In this document: positions 27,067-38,700 of the stretch, one piece after another
How positions within the stretch are numbered: position 1 is the stretch's first letter
Layout of the letters: each line of letters begins with the position of its first letter
Notes under the pieces: generated by a model
Database searches by the model: none
Seen by the model: only the letters and a program-made list of their open reading frames with translations
Told to the model about the DNA's origin: nothing
IMG/VR virus record: IMGVR_UViG_3300050146_000027
Coordinates: 11,133-75,132 of that record
DNA length: 64,000 bases
Direction: 5' to 3' (one strand)
Source of the DNA: a virus
Taxonomy: Duplodnaviria; Caudoviricetes
Program-made: the position numbers and the translations under genes

Positions 27067-27525
27067 ATGTCTCAATACCAGTACAACCCTTTGGCCACGT
27101 TTGGCAGCGGCTCTCTGCAATTCGGTCAGCAAAGCCCCTTGGGCAACTTCACTCTTGGCGGCGGTCCTCTTGGCGGCGACAACCCCTACGCTTCAACAGA
27201 CTTCCTTGCCCAAGCTGCAGGCAGCTCTACAGGAGGTGCTGTCCCTCAAGCTGGTGGCTTCCAGCTAGGCATGAATGCGCCGACCATCGGGATGGGCCTG
27301 TCTGGATTGAACAGCTTGGCCAACATCTGGGGTGCCTGGCAAGCCAACAAGCTGGCCAAGGATCAGTTGGCTTTCACAAAAGCCACGACCAACACCAACT
27401 TGAACAACTCGATCAAGTCCTACAACACTTCTCTTGAAGATCGGGCGCGGACTCGTGGCTTTACCGAAGGCCAGTCTGCTGCTCAAATTCAAGACTACGT
27501 TTCCACCAATCGGCTCAGCCGGTAA
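27067..27525 (+). CDS. N4 gp52 homolog (small ejection protein)
   Basis: NKLAKDQLAFTK...NLNNSIKSYNTSLEDRARTR motif; Cys-free. Confidence 0.8.
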   Translation: MSQYQYNPLATFGSGSLQFGQQSPLGNFTLGGGPLGGDNPYASTDFLAQAAGSSTGGAVPQAGGFQLGMNAPTIGMGLSGLNSLANIWGAWQANKLAKDQLAFTKATTNTNLNNSIKSYNTSLEDRARTRGFTEGQSAAQIQDYVSTNRLSR

Positions 27526-27534
27526 GGAGCCATC

Positions 27535-29541
27535 ATGGCAATTTTGACCTGGCGTAACGTTGATGCGCCCAACTTCTCTGGTGCTTTGGAAGGCTACCGC
27601 ACTGCCAGTCAATTGCTGAGCAGTGCAGTCAAGTCTGGTCAAGACGTCGTTGGTGCTTACACCCAGGCCAACACTGATGCTGCTGACCGTGCCATCATGA
27701 ATCGTGCACTTGGTGTGCAGGACTCTGGGGCATATCGAACTGCCTTGGCTTCCGGTTCTCTTGTTGGTTCTGATGGCCAAAACGCATCCATGAAGCTGCT
27801 TGGCGATCTGGACACCCGCACAGGCACTCTATTGAATCGTGATGTGGTTCGTGAAAACCTGGGTCAGACTCAGTACACAAACCAGCGTGGCCAGCAGAGC
27901 GATGCTCTCATGGATGAGGCCGGTCCTGACGCTGCACAGGCTCGTTTGCTGGCCCGCAACAATGACCAAGTCGGTCTCAACAAGTTGCTGCAAAGCAGCC
28001 CCACTCTACAAAAGCTGCGTCCTGACCAGCTGGCTACTTTGTTGACCGGCGTGGACAGCTTGTCTACGAGCTTTCAAGGTCGTCGTGGCAGCGATTCGAG
28101 CTTCAAGCAAAGTGAATGGCGTTTTGGCAATGAAGTTCGTGACTCGAAGGATGCTCAAGCTGCTCAAGAGGCTTGGCTTCAGATCCAACGAGATAATGCC
28201 ACTCCTGGCACAGTGCAGGGTGCTGTCAATGCACGTGCTAGCACGATGTCTCCCGGTGCCATGGCCCGACTCAACAACCTTGCCAAAGGCGGTGGCTACA
28301 GCATCAACGGCCCGGTGGGTGCTGATGCGCCCAACATGGGCGGCCCCGGTGTTCCTTCTTCTGGTTCAGGTGGTGGTGATTCGTCTCTGTCGATCATGAC
28401 CGGTGGGGCACAGTTGCCCGACAACATTCGAACTGTTGGCGACATGGTGGACAACAAGTCCACTTTGTTGAAAACCAATCCGAAAGGCACTGCCACGGGA
28501 ATGTGGCAGATCACTGCTGACACATGGACTGACTTTGCACCAAAAGCTTTGGGCTCTGAGTGGCGTTCGGCTGACATCCGAGATCCTCAAGTTCAGAACA
28601 AGGTGGCGGAGTCCATTTGGAATTCTGCACGCAGTAGCGGGAAGACCATCAAAGGTCGATGGGATTCGTTGACCCAAGAAGAAGCAAACAGCATGCAGGG
28701 CATGTCATGGGACCAAGCCCGTGACATCATCAGCCGAAAAGAGTCTGGTGCAGTGGCCACGGAGATTTTGAATCAAGCTCGCAGTCGTGCAGGCAACAAT
28801 CTTGGTGTGGATCTCACACGTCAAGAGATGCGTGATCGTGCCGGCCAAAACCAAGCTACAGGTATCTTCCCTGAGCTCGATGCTTTGCAAGCAAGCCGCA
28901 GCAAGTCTGTTGATGTTGCTGACCAGCTCATTGGAGAAAAGGGTCCTCTTCGTGGTGCAAACCGTGGTGAGGTGCTTGACTACATTAACTGGATCGTCGA
29001 CAACAGCAAGGGTCGAATCAATCCAGCCATGGCTGGTGAGATGCTGGCCCGCAATGTGGGCAGTGCTGACAACTTCGCTGAACGCGCTGGCAGTATGCTT
29101 TTGGACGTGGTTGGTGCTCCATTTGGTCGTAAAGTTCGAACTGGGAACCTGACCCAAGGCAGCGATGGTATTCGTCTCAAAGACGAAGGCGTTTACCAGA
29201 TGATGAACGAGTATCTCTCCGGTGGTACGGCTGTTCGTCGAACTAGTCAACAAGCCCTGGCAGCCGAGGATCAGTCACTTGAAAAGCTCCGAACTAAGTA
29301 CAACGACGCAGACGCCCTGTATCGCGAAATGCGTGCACAAAGCAAGACCCGCCCTGGACTCGCTGCTGTCCTCCCTGAGTATCAGCAAAAGCGTGACGCA
29401 TTGGAACAGGCACTTGAACGTGCAATCAGTGAAACGAACAGCAATCAAACTTTGATGCCAAGCCGGGATCGCCCTACACCACAACCTGTCCAAAAAAGTG
29501 CACCTGGTGTTGACATTACCAAAAATCCTGCCTTCAAATGA
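27535..29541 (+). CDS. N4 gp51 homolog (ejection protein) with internal lysozyme/lytic-transglycosylase-like motif
   Basis: MAILTWRNVDAPNFS start; internal TATGMWQITADTW...DPQVQ; Cys-free; lies directly upstream of vRNAP. Confidence 0.8.
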   Translation: MAILTWRNVDAPNFSGALEGYRTASQLLSSAVKSGQDVVGAYTQANTDAADRAIMNRALGVQDSGAYRTALASGSLVGSDGQNASMKLLGDLDTRTGTLLNRDVVRENLGQTQYTNQRGQQSDALMDEAGPDAAQARLLARNNDQVGLNKLLQSSPTLQKLRPDQLATLLTGVDSLSTSFQGRRGSDSSFKQSEWRFGNEVRDSKDAQAAQEAWLQIQRDNATPGTVQGAVNARASTMSPGAMARLNNLAKGGGYSINGPVGADAPNMGGPGVPSSGSGGGDSSLSIMTGGAQLPDNIRTVGDMVDNKSTLLKTNPKGTATGMWQITADTWTDFAPKALGSEWRSADIRDPQVQNKVAESIWNSARSSGKTIKGRWDSLTQEEANSMQGMSWDQARDIISRKESGAVATEILNQARSRAGNNLGVDLTRQEMRDRAGQNQATGIFPELDALQASRSKSVDVADQLIGEKGPLRGANRGEVLDYINWIVDNSKGRINPAMAGEMLARNVGSADNFAERAGSMLLDVVGAPFGRKVRTGNLTQGSDGIRLKDEGVYQMMNEYLSGGTAVRRTSQQALAAEDQSLEKLRTKYNDADALYREMRAQSKTRPGLAAVLPEYQQKRDALEQALERAISETNSNQTLMPSRDRPTPQPVQKSAPGVDITKNPAFK

Positions 29542-29704
29542 TTGAGTGATTTTGGCACTGACTACATCAGTCCGGAAGGCAAAAAGGTTTTTCAAAGTCG
29601 TGTTGCTGAGGCTAAAAGTGGAGGTAAACAACTGACTGAAGTTGAAATCCTTCGCGCAAAGCAGGCAGGGTTGCTATGATTATGGGAACTCTCAGGAACC
29701 AAAC

Positions 29705-32700
29705 ATGGCTGACGTCAACTCCCTTCTGAATCATGCTCTCAGCATGATGTCTGCTCCCACAGCAGTCGATACCAAAAAGCAGTCTGTTGCTGCAGCAGTC
29801 GATGAAAAGAAAAGTGCCCTGGGCAAGACCCCGGACTTTTACCAAATCGCTGCTGCAGGCAGTACCGATGCTGGTCTGGCTTCTGCTGGTGAGTTGGAGA
29901 AGGACGTGCGGACCATGAACCAGAGTCAGCTCTGGCAGAAGTACGGTGACAAAGCTCCCCAACTGTTCCGCCAAATGGCTGATGGTCAGCAAAAGTTTTC
30001 TGCTGACATGACGATCGATCGTAATGCTGGTGAGCTCTTTAGCGACTCTACCTCAGGTGCTGCTTCTAGTTTTGTTGGTGGCTTGGGTAGCATTGCTGCT
30101 TTAGGTACTGGTCTGGTCAATGCAGACGCCGGTGCTGCTTTGTCCGGTGCTGTGGCCAAAATGGGTGAGGTTGTTCAGGGCGTTCAGTCGGAAGGTGTTG
30201 GCGCTGCACGTCGAGTTCAACAAGCTCGCTCAGCCAACACCAGTCGCGATAACGAACAACAGTACAACCAAGACGTTGCCGATGGCAGCTCTGAGTTGGT
30301 TGCTGGCTTGAAGCAGTTTGGTCGTGATTTTGTTGACACAGCAGGCAACTCCACAGACGCGGCTTTTTTTGCCCAAGGCACCGCCGAAGCAGCCGGCTCC
30401 CTTTTGTCTGGCTCTCCTGTGGCTGCAGGTCTTCGCAAGATTGGCACAGCACTTATGGGCGGAGCTGCCAAACAACGTGCTGTTGCTTTGGCTGCCCAAA
30501 TTGACCGCACCACTGGTGTTGCATCGACTGCTCGTGTCGCTGATCGTGCTCGCAAAATTGGCTCGGGTGCGGCTTGGCCTCTGGCAACTGCAGCACTTGA
30601 AGGTGGTGGTGCCTACACAGGCACGGTCAATGAAATCATGGGCATGACTCATGATCAGCTGCAAGAAGGCTCTCCTCAGTATCGTCAAATGTTGGCTGAC
30701 ATGGTAGCCAGTGGCGTTCCTGTTGCTGACGCACGAGAACAAGTCAAAGTCACTTTGGCGAACCAAGCAGGGGAACAGGCTGCTGCCATCCAGGCCCCTA
30801 TTGCAGGCGTCACTGGTTTGCTGACTCGTGCTTTGGAAAAACCCTTCACTGCACCATCTGTGCGTGCTGCCGCTCGTGCTACGTTTGTCAACGAACCTGT
30901 TGAAGAGGCTGTTCAGTCATCGACTGGTCAGCTGGCTCAAAACATTGGTGTCCAAGCCAATGCCAATGAGAACCAAAATCTGGCCAAGGGTGTTGGCGAA
31001 CAAGGTGCCATGGGTGCTATGTTTGGCATGACTTCTGCAGGTAGTGTTCAAGGTCCTGCTGTTGCCGGTTTGGGTGCACGCAATGTGTATCGTGGAGCCA
31101 AAGCTGCCGTGTCTGCTGCTGTGGAAGCAGGCAAGCCTTTGTACCAAGCACTCATTGAACGTGGTGACCGCATTCTGCGTCAGCAAGAACAAGCTTCTCC
31201 TGTCAGCGATGAAGCCATCACCGCAGCAACCAACAATCTCAACGCAGTCGCTGAAAACTCGACTGCTGTGATGACGGAAGCCTTGAACACAGCCAAGATC
31301 GATGAAGCAGTCAAGCAGTCCGGCAACCAGTACGTTTCCTCTTTGGTTCAGTCTCTGCAGTTTGACCCAGCTGAGTTGGAAGGTGCCCCTGACTATGTGC
31401 GTCAAGCTGTGGGTGATACCACCTCTCGTGCTGAAGCCGCCATCAAGCTGGCCGACTTGGTGAACAAGTCTCAAACTGATCAAGATGCTTTGAACAACGC
31501 AGCAATGCTGTGGATGCTCATGGAACCTGTGAAGGCCATGAAAGAAGCTGACCCAGAGGCGTTTGCTTCACTACCCAAGGACAGCCCTGCTCTGTCGCTT
31601 GTGCAGCAGTATTCCCAAGTCGCGAACAGCATTGAAGCCAATGCTACTGTTCGACGTGCACTTCGTGCTGTTGAGCCTTTGCTGACTCGTGCGGCCGCTA
31701 CGATTCAACCGGTGACTGAAGAATCTCTGGCCACTCCAGAAGGTCAACAGAACGTGCAGAACGCCATTGCTGTGGCATCGCTGCACCCAGACAAAGGCAA
31801 CCTGGACGCCAACGAACAGATCTTGACCCATGCTGCCCAGGGCAAGCTGAATCTCACACCCGACCAGCTGAACACGCTGAAGACTTCTGTCACGTTGCTC
31901 CGAGCTCGTGCCAAGATGGAGGAACAGATTGCTGCTTCTGGCACCCGTCGGGTCAAAGATGTGGTGTCCAGTCAGATCGTGGCCGGCAATGATCCTCTTC
32001 GCAAGGTGGCCAAGTCTGCTTTGCAGCACACGCAGGAAATCCTGTCTGCCATGCGAGGCCAGAACTCTGAATTGGCCACAGCTCGTCTTGAGGATTTTGG
32101 CAAGTTTGTTCAGCACATGCAGAACAAAGTCATGGCCCTCAACACTCACTTTGCAAACGGCAATCCGAATGCAGATGGCGTGCCATACCAACAACTCCAG
32201 CCCACAGGCAATCGTGATTTCAGGCTGTCGCGTGATGGCATGTTTGTCAACACAAACAAAGGCAGCTCGATCGATTTGGCCCAGTCTGCTGCCATCGAAG
32301 CACAAATCTTGGCAGACGTATACAACGGTCTGGTGGGCACCTTTCCTGAACTCAATCAAGCCACCATTGCAGCAGTGCCATTGGATGCTGCGTTGATCGG
32401 CGATTCTGAGACTCTGGCTCAAGGCTTTCGTGATGCACGCAAGCCAGCCAAAGCACAGCCTGTGGAGACTGACAATGCAAACCGAAATGTCGATGGTGAG
32501 CCAAGTGCCGTGGTACCTGCACGAGATGTACGGGTGGCAGCTGGGGATGAAACAGTCGTTGCAACTCCTGCTCCAACAGAAGTTGTTGACCAAGGACGAA
32601 GCGAAGCAGTTCCACCAGTTGTGGAAACAAAACAAGACAGCACCCCCACACCTGTGGTCGAAGTGCGAGATCCTGTACCTGACGCAGTTGATGCCAGCGA

Positions 32701-35700
32701 ACCGCCTGCCAGTGTGATCACCACTCCTCTGGATGATTTGTACGGTGACAACAACTTTGCTCGGTCCAGCTTCGTCTACCCAGATGAGGCCACAACCCGC
32801 CTCAGTGCTGAAGAGTCTCCAATCGCTGCAGTGCGTCGTGCACTGTCGAGCGAGACCCGCTTGAGTTCTTTCCTCTTTGGTTCGACCAAGCGAAATACTT
32901 TGAAGCCTGAAACTGCTTCTGCTTATCAACGGCTGCTCACAGACACCCTGGCACCAGTGGTCATGGCTGTGCAGCAGCAGTTGGCTGACTTCTTGAACAG
33001 CAGTTATTCCAAGAGCGTTCCACAAACGATGCAGGAAATTTTCCTGAACAACATCGAAGTTCCTCGCAAATCTGGCAAGCCATTGATGGGTTCAGAAATG
33101 AACCGACTGGCTCGCGCCAAGGTGCTGAACTTCACTCAGTTGGACAGCAATGGCAACTTGATCTACCAACCCCAGATGTTGGAACAAGCATCGTTGGCTG
33201 CCATGCAGTGGCTGCTGTCGTCTGATTCTTTCTCCAGTGTGATGGATGAGTCTGACGTGGCCCAGATGACTGGCCTGTCTGAAACAGCACTGCAACGAAA
33301 CCCTGAACTGATTGAGCAACTGACTGAAGGCATGAGCGTTGCTCAGGCCAAAGGCTCACTCTCGATCAAGATTCGAAAGTACATGGGGCTGCAGTCGAAG
33401 AGCACCGCTGACATGGCCTACTCCAACGGTATCATCAATGCGATGGCTGCCGAGCTTCTGCGTGCCATGGCTTCTGCTGGGTTGCTGGAGATCAACAACA
33501 CCAAGCTGACCCCTGCTGTGCACGGAGTCAAGAAAGACAAGACGTTCACTCGCATCGTTGTCAAAAAGCTGGATGACAAAGAAGCTCTGGCTTCTTTTCA
33601 GGACGCCATTGAAGTGGCTTCACTGGTTGCTCCCGAAGTCACCAATTACATCGGTGACGTGACTCCTGATGTCGCTGAGCGTCAGATGAACAACAACGAA
33701 GTGGCGAATACCACGAACCAAAAGGATGCATTGAGCAAGGAACAACAAACTCCTTTCTACGTGAATCCTGCCATGGTCAGTTTCTACACATCGCTGGGCA
33801 AAGACAATTTGCTGGCCTTGTTTGGAACTTCGTTGGATGACGAAGAGGTGTTCAACGATGCTCACTTGAAATCAGTGAAAAGCAAGAACAACTCTGTGAC
33901 TTCGGCTTTTGATCATCTGCTTAGTGTCTTAGCTGATGTCAGCAACGTGGCTGAAACTGCAGGGACTGCTTTGGATCAAACCCCGATCCGTTACGCCTAC
34001 AACATGAGCCGAGTGGGTCGCATGCAAATGCTTGGCAAGTACGGTCCACAAGCCAGCAAGCTGGTTCGTGAGGCCATCCTGCCTACTCGATCCACTCTGA
34101 ATCTGTCCAACCAGAACAGTGGGTCATTTACTGCCTATGGTCTGGGCTTGGCCCAAGCCCTTGGCATCAAGGTGCACAACCAGCCGGCTGACGTGTCCGT
34201 AACTGAGGTCATGGCCAAGCTGAATGGTGGTCTGGCTCCTGCTGTTGAAATGGTTCGTGAATGGTTGTCGGCAGTCGATTTGAATCGCCCTGCCGAAATG
34301 ACTGCCGAGCTCACGACAGACCAAGTCATGCAGCTCAAGGATGCCTTTGCTGCTGCCAAAGCAGATCTCTCGATGGTTGGTCTGCATGCTCTTGTTGATT
34401 ACGCTCGCTACTTGGCCAGTGAAGATCAATCAGCATTCCAGACTTCAATGTACTTGGAAGCAGACGGCGTCACCAACGGTCCCATCAATGCCATGGCCCT
34501 GATGAGCATCGGTGGTTTTACGCCGGCATGGGTTAACAATGTTTCCAAGGGTGGTTTGGCATTTGGCCAGCCCACTACGATGGCCGACATTCGCAAAAGC
34601 GACTCCAAGGATCTGTATCAGGCATCGACTGATGCAACTCGTGCACGCCTCTCTGAACTCCGGGATTCCCTGAGCCAAGAAGGTACTGAGCAAATGGATC
34701 ATCTGCTCAATCTGATGTCGCTGTTCAGCCCAGATGTGATTTTCAATCCAGATGCCAAATGGGAAGATGGCTCTTTGGAGCTGAAGCGTGGAATCGCCAA
34801 GAACCCTCTGACCATTACCATCTACGGCTCAGGCCAGTCTGGTATTGCAGGCAAGCTGACTGGTGCTTTGGTCGATGAGATCTACGCACGCATGAGCACG
34901 CTCCTGCAGGCACGCAAAGCCAATCCAGACATCTCGGTGGCCGATGCCATGTTCCCTGGTGATCTTGATGCTGCCAACAAGCTGGATCGTTTCAGCAAGT
35001 CGATTCATGCTCTGACCACTCTGGTGCCTGTTCGTGAGAAAGGCAATCTGCTTTTTGATGCAGTCAGCCAACCTGCCCGCAAGTTTGTGCCCAAGACGTT
35101 CAGCTTCACAGCCAGTGAACTGGAAACCATGGAAGCCAACATGCTGGAGCTGTTCGTGAAGCCGATGCGTCAAGGCATTGCTGACACTGTCGGTGAGCCA
35201 TTGATGCAGGCAGTTGCTACCCTCCGTGATGCTGCTCAAGTGCAATCGATCTTCTTGGAAGCGATGTACGTCCAACGCATTGATGAGGCCATGAACAAAA
35301 AAGAAGCCACCGATCCGATTTGGCGTCGTGGTGACTTCTTGAGTCAAGCTGAACTGAAAAAGATCACTGCCGACCTGCGTAACATTTCTCCTTTGGTTCA
35401 GACAGGGGATCAAACTTTCCTGATTACCAGCAAACAGACACTTGACCTCGAAGGTCGTGATCTGGAATTTGGTCGTGCACTGGATGACAGTCTTCGTCCT
35501 GACGCAGACATGTTTGGTCCTGGCCAAGCTGGTGTGCGTGCAATCCCAATGATGACCATTGGTATGGGCGACGGCATGATGATGCAACTGCTGGCCCAGA
35601 TGGGCTTGCAAGGCACGCTCAAGATCTTTGATGGCATGAACATGCCTTTGGACAAGATCGGTCAGTACAGCGAACAAGCCAATGCTGCTGTTTACGAATC

Positions 35701-38700
35701 GTGGAAGGGCAACCCACACGCTGAGATGCTGAAGACTTTTGAGACGTTCTTGGACAATGTCTCTGAAGCAACAATCACACCGGCCATGCTGCCTACTCTG
35801 ACTCAGACTTTGTTCTCGTCGTCAGAGCGTCGTTCCATGGCAAAGACTGGTGAAGTGCCCAGCAATGCAATGATCATGGAACGGATCAAGCAACTGCAAG
35901 GCAACTTGGAATGGTCTGCCAAGAGCATTGATGCTCGTCACGCTGCCATTGAATCTTTGCCTGTGTCGGTTGACCAGATGGCTGCTGCCGGCCGCCCATA
36001 TACGAACGGCCGTACAACTACCGCACGCATGACCACTGATGATGCTGTGGCTGCTTTGAACAAGGCCTATGAAGCTGCCATGGATGGCGGTGCTGTTCCA
36101 GCGACCGCACCCATCGCTTCCGTGCCTGCTGTACCAAAGGCTGTCGCATCCCCCATTGACTTGGTGGGTCGTGTTGCTGCATCTGGGGTTCGTGTTCTGT
36201 CGCCTACTGCCATTGAGAGCCTTTCCCGTGACGGCATGACTGAGGCACAAAAAGCTGTCTACAGCGAGATCCGTCGATCCAATGCAGTGCAGGGCTACAA
36301 GGTGGTAGCTGGTACGGCTGAGCAACTTGATGCATTCATCGCTGAGACTGGCCGCTCACAGCGTCCAGCCCAAGAGGTGCATGGCTGGATCAACGTTGGT
36401 GACAAGACCATCTACATGATCAACCCGTCGGTTGAGACTCTGGTCCACGAGCTTGTGCATGCAGGTTCCTATGAGACGGTTCTGGCTCACTATCGTGGCG
36501 AGAGTGTCAGCACTGAAGTGGCTGCTGCTGTCGGTCGCCTGGAAACTTTGATGGCTGAGTTTGTTGAAACTGATGTCAGTCAGTTTGATCCAGCACTGCG
36601 TGCTGCTTACGACTCAGCCAAGGCTGCAATCCTTTCGGCCAACTTGGAATCGGATCAGTCTGTGGCCATGGCCAAAGCACTGAATGAATTCATGGCCTGG
36701 GGCTTGACCAACGAACAGCTGACCAAGGACCTGAAGAGTAAGCCTGCTCCTGTTCTGGTCCGTTTGGCCAAGGGCATCGTTGCTGCGATCAAGTCTCTGA
36801 TCTGTGGCCGCAAGATTGCACCCAAGCCTGCCGACGATTTCCTCAGCAACCTGCAATTCAACTCTGGTGTGATCTTCCGCAGCCAACCCAACATTGCTGC
36901 TGTGGTTCGCAGCGGTGAGCTCTATCACTCGACTGCCTATGGCAACTCCAACCGCATCAACACCATCCGTCAGACGTTTGCTCAGAAGATCGTTGACCTT
37001 CTGGCCACTGAGAAGTGGCAACGTGGTACGAAGATGCGTCAGGTGGAAGTCTCTCAAGCTGTGCAAGAAGCTGTCTTGGTGGGTCTGTCCTTTAATGCCC
37101 ACGGCTTTCCGATGAACCAACAAGAAGGAACTACCTTCCGCATGATGCTGGCTGCCCTGGCTACTGAAGCCGACATTGACGCAAACTCGATGGATCGTGC
37201 ACAAGAGCTCTACGCCCACGTCTCCAAGAACTTGACGGTTGAAGACTTCATGGCTGATCCATCTTCATTGGATCCCCAGATGCGTTACGACGCACAAGAG
37301 AAGTACAGCGTGATCATGGGCCAGTACCTCACGGTGAAAGATGCCAAGGGTCGCAGCTCACTGCTCCCATCATTCCTGGCTCTGGCTACTGTGAACGATG
37401 AGTTCCGTGCTGTTTTGGCCAAGATGGCTTTGCCCAAAACTGTCAAGAACATGGATGGCACTTTGGATTCGATCTTGAGCAATGCTGGCGACTCGGTGAT
37501 GGACTCTTTGAGCCGTCGCTTGGCCGGCGATGTCAAAGGCAAGTCGGTTCGTGACTCCATCGACAACCTGCTGGAGCACATTCGCAAGGAAGCCCAAAAC
37601 GAACAAACGTTCCTTGACCAGTACGCTTCAGTCTCTGGTGGCATCGTTGACCGTGCCAATGAAATTGTGACCAATGGTCTGAAAGCTGCTTCTGACGCAT
37701 TGCTTGCTCGTGCTGATGCTGCTGAGAAGAATGCATCGAATGCTTTGGTCAAGAGTGGTGCCCGCTTTGCCAAGCTGGTGGCTTTGGTGGCAAGCGAGAA
37801 GAACGGTGCCATCATCTCTGAAGGTCTGCTGGCATCCACCAACGCCACAAAGATGTGGGAGCCCCTGCGTACTTTCATCAGCGACATGGTTGGTCGGACT
37901 GAGTCCAATGCCAACGTGTACGACATGATCAAAGCAGTTCGCTCAGCAGTGCAGCAAACTCGTCAGCAGTTCCGTGATGGGGTGCCTCAGATCATCAACA
38001 GCAAATTCAAGAAGAAGGTGACTCCTGCTCAATGGACCGCAATGTTCAGCACCCTGGCCAAGACTGACCTGGCTGTGCTTCGCGGTTCAATGCAGCATGC
38101 TGAGATCGCAGCTTTGATCTCTGACCAAGCTGCTCGTGACACTGAGATCAACAAACTGGAAGCTCAGATTCAAGCTTCGAATCCTCGCCACTGGGCAATC
38201 TTGTCGGCCAAGATGAAGCAACTGGCTGTGTTCATGAACACTGGTGTCCCTGGTGTGAACCTGCTTCGCAATGCAGAAGCCATCGGTCGCCTGCTTGGTG
38301 AGCAGAAGGCCAACAACTACAGCCTGCCCAATGCAACCACCAAAACTGCCATCGACAAGCTGGTGAGCCTGTACGCTTTGGAAGCACTGCCTGACGCTAC
38401 CCGAGACACAGTTTCCTCTTTGGTTCAAAGCGAAGCAGATGGTGTCAGCTTTGTAGTTGACTACTTGGTTGGTCAACGCAAAGAGGAAGTTCGCAAGGCC
38501 ACCGGCACTGCAATGCTGAATGCTTACAAGGGCTACATCCCTTCTGAACAAGAAGGCGGTGTGTCCATGCAAATTGCCAGTGACTCGGAGTTTGCCAACC
38601 TTCGTGAGCTTGGCTACGTTCGCGTTGCTCCTTACAAGGGCAGCTCTGTCGAACTTGGTCAAGAGCTCAAGAGCTACTACTACGCTCCTTTGTCGGGACG

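Noticed and set aside
29642-29704. TTG start extending vRNAP by 21 aa
   Set aside because: ATG 29705 has an RBS (AGGA), and the extension would add a Cys to a Cys-depleted protein.
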